In this document: positions 23,866 through 26,925 of the stretch, in pieces
Position numbering within the stretch: the first letter of the stretch is position 1
Layout: each line of letters starts with the position of its first letter
Assembly (NCBI GenBank): GCA_016840095.1
Contig: JAEOSZ010000054.1
Coordinates: forward strand, 1-26,925
From: Candidatus Heimdallarchaeota archaeon
GTDB lineage: Archaea; Asgardarchaeota; Heimdallarchaeia; Heimdallarchaeales; Heimdallarchaeaceae
Direction of reading: 5' to 3'
DNA: 26,925 nucleotides
Position numbers and translations under genes: made by a program
The notes under the pieces: generated by a model
What the model saw: only the letters and a program-made list of their open reading frames with translations
Databases searched by the model: none
What the model was told of the DNA's origin: nothing

Positions 23866-24240
23866 ATGGTTAATTACAAACGATTTATAATTTCTACACT
23901 TGCAGGAGCAGTATTAGGTGTTGCATGTATAATAGGTGTAGGACAACGCATACCAGGAACCTATGGAGAAAACATTGTTTATCTAATGGGTATCTGGGGA
24001 ATGAGAGTTTTACTAGGAATGATTATTGGTTTAGCAGAAGGTATCGTTATTCTAAAAGGAGAACAATGGCAAAAATGGGTTAATGCTGGAATTAGAGGAA
24101 CATTATTTGGGCTTGTTTTTTCAGTTACTCTACTATTGATAGATCCTTTCTTCAGTTTTGCAACCTTCGGTGCCGGAATAGCTTACGGACCTATTACTGA
24201 TTTGATAGCAACTGGGCTTGGAAAGAAAAAGCAAGAATAA
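23866..24240 (+). CDS. hypothetical Gly-rich membrane protein (about 4 TM)
   Basis: Four hydrophobic GxxxG-rich segments. ATG 23866 is preferred over TTG 23857. Confidence 0.75.
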   Translation: MVNYKRFIISTLAGAVLGVACIIGVGQRIPGTYGENIVYLMGIWGMRVLLGMIIGLAEGIVILKGEQWQKWVNAGIRGTLFGLVFSVTLLLIDPFFSFATFGAGIAYGPITDLIATGLGKKKQE

Positions 24241-24243
24241 AAA

Positions 24244-25320
24244 TCACGTTGGTGTTTCTTTCCACCAATTTTTTCTTTTAAGAAATTTCGCAAGATATAC
24301 TAGACCAACCATGATCGGTATTTCCCAAAATAGACCCATAGTGGTGCCTAGAGCTGCAACTGAGCCGACTCCATAAATCGCTATAGCTGTTGCAATAGCT
24401 ATTTCAAAATGACTTGATGATCCAATAATGACAGTAATCACTCCTTCTCTATATGCTAGTTTTGTGAATCGAGTGATGAGTAGATTATAACCGACTACTA
24501 TGATGAAACCTAGCAACAGTGGTACCGATACTAGCAATAGTAAATTGAAATTGCTTATCATTACATTACCATTTAATGAGAACAGAACAACTAATGTTGT
24601 TAGTAAAGCTACTATTGATATTTTACCAACAACTGGGACGAATTTGTTCTTAAACCACTCTTCACCTTTTGTTCTTACGATTAATACTCTAGTAACTATA
24701 CCCAATATAAGGGGAATTCCAATGAAAAATGCTACTGAAATAATGAGTGATACAACATCTATGGAGATATTAGAAATTCCAGAGAGCAATGCAACCATAG
24801 GAGCATATCCAATCATTATTGTTATAGTATTGATACTTGTAGTAATCACATTTTGTTCCTGATTTCCGTCTGCCATATAACCCCAAACCAAGACCATTGC
24901 TGTGCAAGGACTAGAAGCTAAAAGAATTATAGCAAACATCAATTGCTCATTTCCAGGAAGAAAGAGTTTGCCAAGCCCCCACCCTACGAAAGGTGCTATA
25001 ATCCAGTTTGACACTAAGGTTAGAATAATTGGTTTAGGATTCTTTGCTAGTTTCTTCAACTCAGAAGCTTTTAGATTAAGCATTGCAGGATACATCATGA
25101 AAAAAAGACATATTCCAATTGGTATTGAAATCCCCCTAACTTGCAAACTGTCAACAGCTTCTGCAATACTAGGCGCATAGATAGAAAGAAGAATACCAAT
25201 AGCCATACAAATTACAATCCAAATAGGTAATAATTTTTCAAATAATCCAAGTCCTCCCTCCTTCTTGGTCTCTTCAACACTTTGACTAGTTTCAAGAACT
25301 TCGCTCAAATATTTTCCCAC
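24244..25320 (-). CDS. acr3: Acr3-family arsenite/antimonite efflux transporter
   Basis: Motifs LFEKLLPIWI, PIGICLFFMMYPAM, NWIIAPF, PCTAMVLVW and SSHFEIAIA; about 10 TM helices. Confidence 0.93.
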   Translation of the reverse strand: MGKYLSEVLETSQSVEETKKEGGLGLFEKLLPIWIVICMAIGILLSIYAPSIAEAVDSLQVRGISIPIGICLFFMMYPAMLNLKASELKKLAKNPKPIILTLVSNWIIAPFVGWGLGKLFLPGNEQLMFAIILLASSPCTAMVLVWGYMADGNQEQNVITTSINTITIMIGYAPMVALLSGISNISIDVVSLIISVAFFIGIPLILGIVTRVLIVRTKGEEWFKNKFVPVVGKISIVALLTTLVVLFSLNGNVMISNFNLLLLVSVPLLLGFIIVVGYNLLITRFTKLAYREGVITVIIGSSSHFEIAIATAIAIYGVGSVAALGTTMGLFWEIPIMVGLVYLAKFLKRKNWWKETPT

Positions 25321-25353
25321 GCCACAATTTTTTTATATATCAAGAAGATTTGT

Positions 25354-25379
25354 TTCATATTAAAATATTTTGATATGAA
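25354..25379. promoter_or_regulatory. putative ArsR operator (26-bp near-perfect palindrome)
   Basis: TTCATATTAAAATATTTTGATATGAA has one mismatched pair and lies between divergent acr3 and arsR. A weaker copy, ATATCAAGAAGATTTGTTTC, is at ~25337-25356. Confidence 0.75.
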
Positions 25380-25416
25380 TAAGGCCGAAAATAGTTTATA
25401 ATATTGTTAAGGTAAT

Positions 25417-25848
25417 GTGAAATATATGGAATATAGCAAAAAAGAGATGGAATTAATCACAACTCTATCAAAGTGTGAAGACATTGAGGATGCAAGCAAA
25501 TATTATGATAAATTACTAATCTATAGAAAGGAGATTTTCAATGAACCAGACTTTATTGACTTATCAAAGCAGCTGGAAGCCTTTTCTCATATTGATAGAA
25601 TTTTAATTCTTAGAATCCTTATGGAAAAGGATAGATGTGTATGTGAACTAGAGGCTATATTGGGAAAAAGCCAATCTAACATATCCTATCACCTTAGGAT
25701 ACTTGAAAATCTAAATCTGATAAAGGGTTGGAAAAAGGGTAAATTTACACATTATTCTGTTGTTCAAAAATCCCTAGAAAATTTCAAAGATCTTTTTAAT
25801 AACTGGATAAGTGACGAAATTCTCAAGCAAAATACAAATGCATTTTAG
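25417..25848 (+). CDS. arsR: ArsR/SmtB family transcriptional repressor
   Basis: AFSHIDRILIL, metalloid-binding CVCEL, SQSNISYHLRILE and KKGKFTHYS; divergent from acr3. Start is GTG 25417 or ATG 25426. Confidence 0.92.
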   Translation: MKYMEYSKKEMELITTLSKCEDIEDASKYYDKLLIYRKEIFNEPDFIDLSKQLEAFSHIDRILILRILMEKDRCVCELEAILGKSQSNISYHLRILENLNLIKGWKKGKFTHYSVVQKSLENFKDLFNNWISDEILKQNTNAF

Positions 25849-25881
25849 ATTTAACAAATAAAAAAATGGAAAAGGAGGAGA

Positions 25882-26925
25882 TTAGAAGAAGGTAGGTTCA
25901 CCTTCAAACTCTCTCTTAGGAGGTTCCATCTTCATAGTTTCTGAAGCAGACAAGATTTCAACTAGTTCATATTTGGAAGTGCCCATACCCATCTTCTCAG
26001 CAAAAACAACAGTTGCATAAGGATCTTTGTAAGGACCATGAACGCGAGTAAAGGGGTGAAGGTCTTCATCAGGATTGAGGTTGACATGCTTGTTATAAGG
26101 AGGAATATTTTGCTCAATTAGACCTTCTTTTTTGATTAGATCTAATGTAGCGAATTCAACAGCGACAATGTCTTTGCTGCCAACAACACCAATATCGTTA
26201 ACAATAGGAAGTTGACCTAGGCCCATACAATCACAATATTGGGTGATTTGTGTCAAGAAATTTATGTACATCACCTTGTCTTTTTCAAATGTCTTCAATA
26301 CTTCATTTGTAGCTATTGCCATCATTTCGTTGAAAGCTTCATAGCTTTCCTTAGGAACCCTAACCGCTCCTAGACCTCCATCGACTTCTAAACAGGTCAT
26401 ACATTGACGACAATCATGATAGTTTCTTTTGAGATCATCTTTTTCCTCATCATAATTAAGCGCTCCATAAGGACAAGATTCAACAAGTTTCTTAGCTAGC
26501 TCTGGATTACCTTTAGCTTTGTCCCAATATTCATCAACGTGAGATGCACCATGAATTTTTCTCCACCTAGTAGGACCTGAATAACCACCAAGTGCTAGAT
26601 TCTTTATTGCACCACCATAACCACATGAACCATGACCCTTGGCATGAGATAAATCTACCAAAACATCAGCATCTTTCAATGCTCCTGCAAGTTCTAATGT
26701 ATCTATTCCTTTGTAATTGACTTCAACTGGTGAAGTATAACCATCTTTTACTCCAGCAATAGGAATAATTGGACAGCCACATGTTTCTTGTGTGTATCCT
26801 CTATTTACAGCATTATAAACAGAAGTTGGATTATCAGTAACAAAGGGATATCCTCCTTTGTCTTTGATTGCTTCAACTATCCTGCGAACAAAGAAAACCG
26901 GAATGGTTTGATAACCATCATTGAA
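25882..26925 (-). CDS. DUF362 family Fe-S protein with ferredoxin-like insert; 5' end lies outside the window
   Basis: The frame stays open from the window end (FFVRRIVEAIKDKGGYPFVTD...GYTQETCGCPII), so the track's 26679 start is internal. Motifs SHAKGH, GGAIKNLALG, CRQCMTC, ITQYCDC and DIGVVGSKDIVAVE. Confidence 0.88.
   Translation of the reverse strand, partial: FNDGYQTIPVFFVRRIVEAIKDKGGYPFVTDNPTSVYNAVNRGYTQETCGCPIIPIAGVKDGYTSPVEVNYKGIDTLELAGALKDADVLVDLSHAKGHGSCGYGGAIKNLALGGYSGPTRWRKIHGASHVDEYWDKAKGNPELAKKLVESCPYGALNYDEEKDDLKRNYHDCRQCMTCLEVDGGLGAVRVPKESYEAFNEMMAIATNEVLKTFEKDKVMYINFLTQITQYCDCMGLGQLPIVNDIGVVGSKDIVAVEFATLDLIKKEGLIEQNIPPYNKHVNLNPDEDLHPFTRVHGPYKDPYATVVFAEKMGMGTSKYELVEILSASETMKMEPPKREFEGEPTFF

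Noticed and set aside
2822-25180. Other short track ORFs overlapping assigned genes (e.g. 2822, 3512, 5635, 7883, 9381, 9757, 10775, 10988, 15486, 15835, 16515, 18316, 18962, 19762, 20281, 20333, 24500, 24902)
   Set aside because: They overlap motif-supported genes and have no recognisable motifs of their own.

Overview
AT-rich (roughly one-third GC by eye) archaeal chromosomal window, most likely from an Asgard archaeon (Heimdallarchaeia-like; inference). Archaeal markers are an archaeal-type D-aminoacyl-tRNA deacylase, an intron-containing tRNA, and TATA boxes about 20-25 nt before apparently leaderless starts. It holds about 25 CDS and three tRNAs (Pro-TGG, Glu-TTC with a 31-nt intron, Leu-TAG). 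I found no transposase, integrase, CRISPR array or rRNA. Recognisable genes: EutA-family ATPase (runs off the left end, absent from the ORF track, long N-terminal extension), DegV/FakB, prolyl oligopeptidase, membrane-anchored metzincin, PlsY, stand-alone Lrp ligand-binding domain, carboxylesterase, GNAT, MobA-like protein, Cys-type formate dehydrogenase alpha subunit, orphan m4C DNA methyltransferase, DTD2, SDR, nitrilase, ornithine carbamoyltransferase, Acr3 and ArsR with an operator palindrome, and a DUF362 Fe-S protein (runs off the right end). The best candidates for undescribed biology are: (i) three co-oriented genes at 9.9-14.2 kb encoding a uDENN/longin-like protein, a heavily N-glycosylated 5-TM protein and a gelsolin-like head with a long acidic tail; (ii) bacterial-type ester-lipid genes (DegV, PlsY, esterase) close together in an archaeon; (iii) a tRNA-Glu intron that fits a non-canonical 38/39 site and carries a perfect antisense copy of its own anticodon arm; (iv) an unannotated 56-aa Flp-like prepilin; (v) an orphan, probably CTAG-specific methylase with an altered catalytic motif in DNA where CTAG is not avoided. 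All family calls come from motif recognition by eye; no searches were run.
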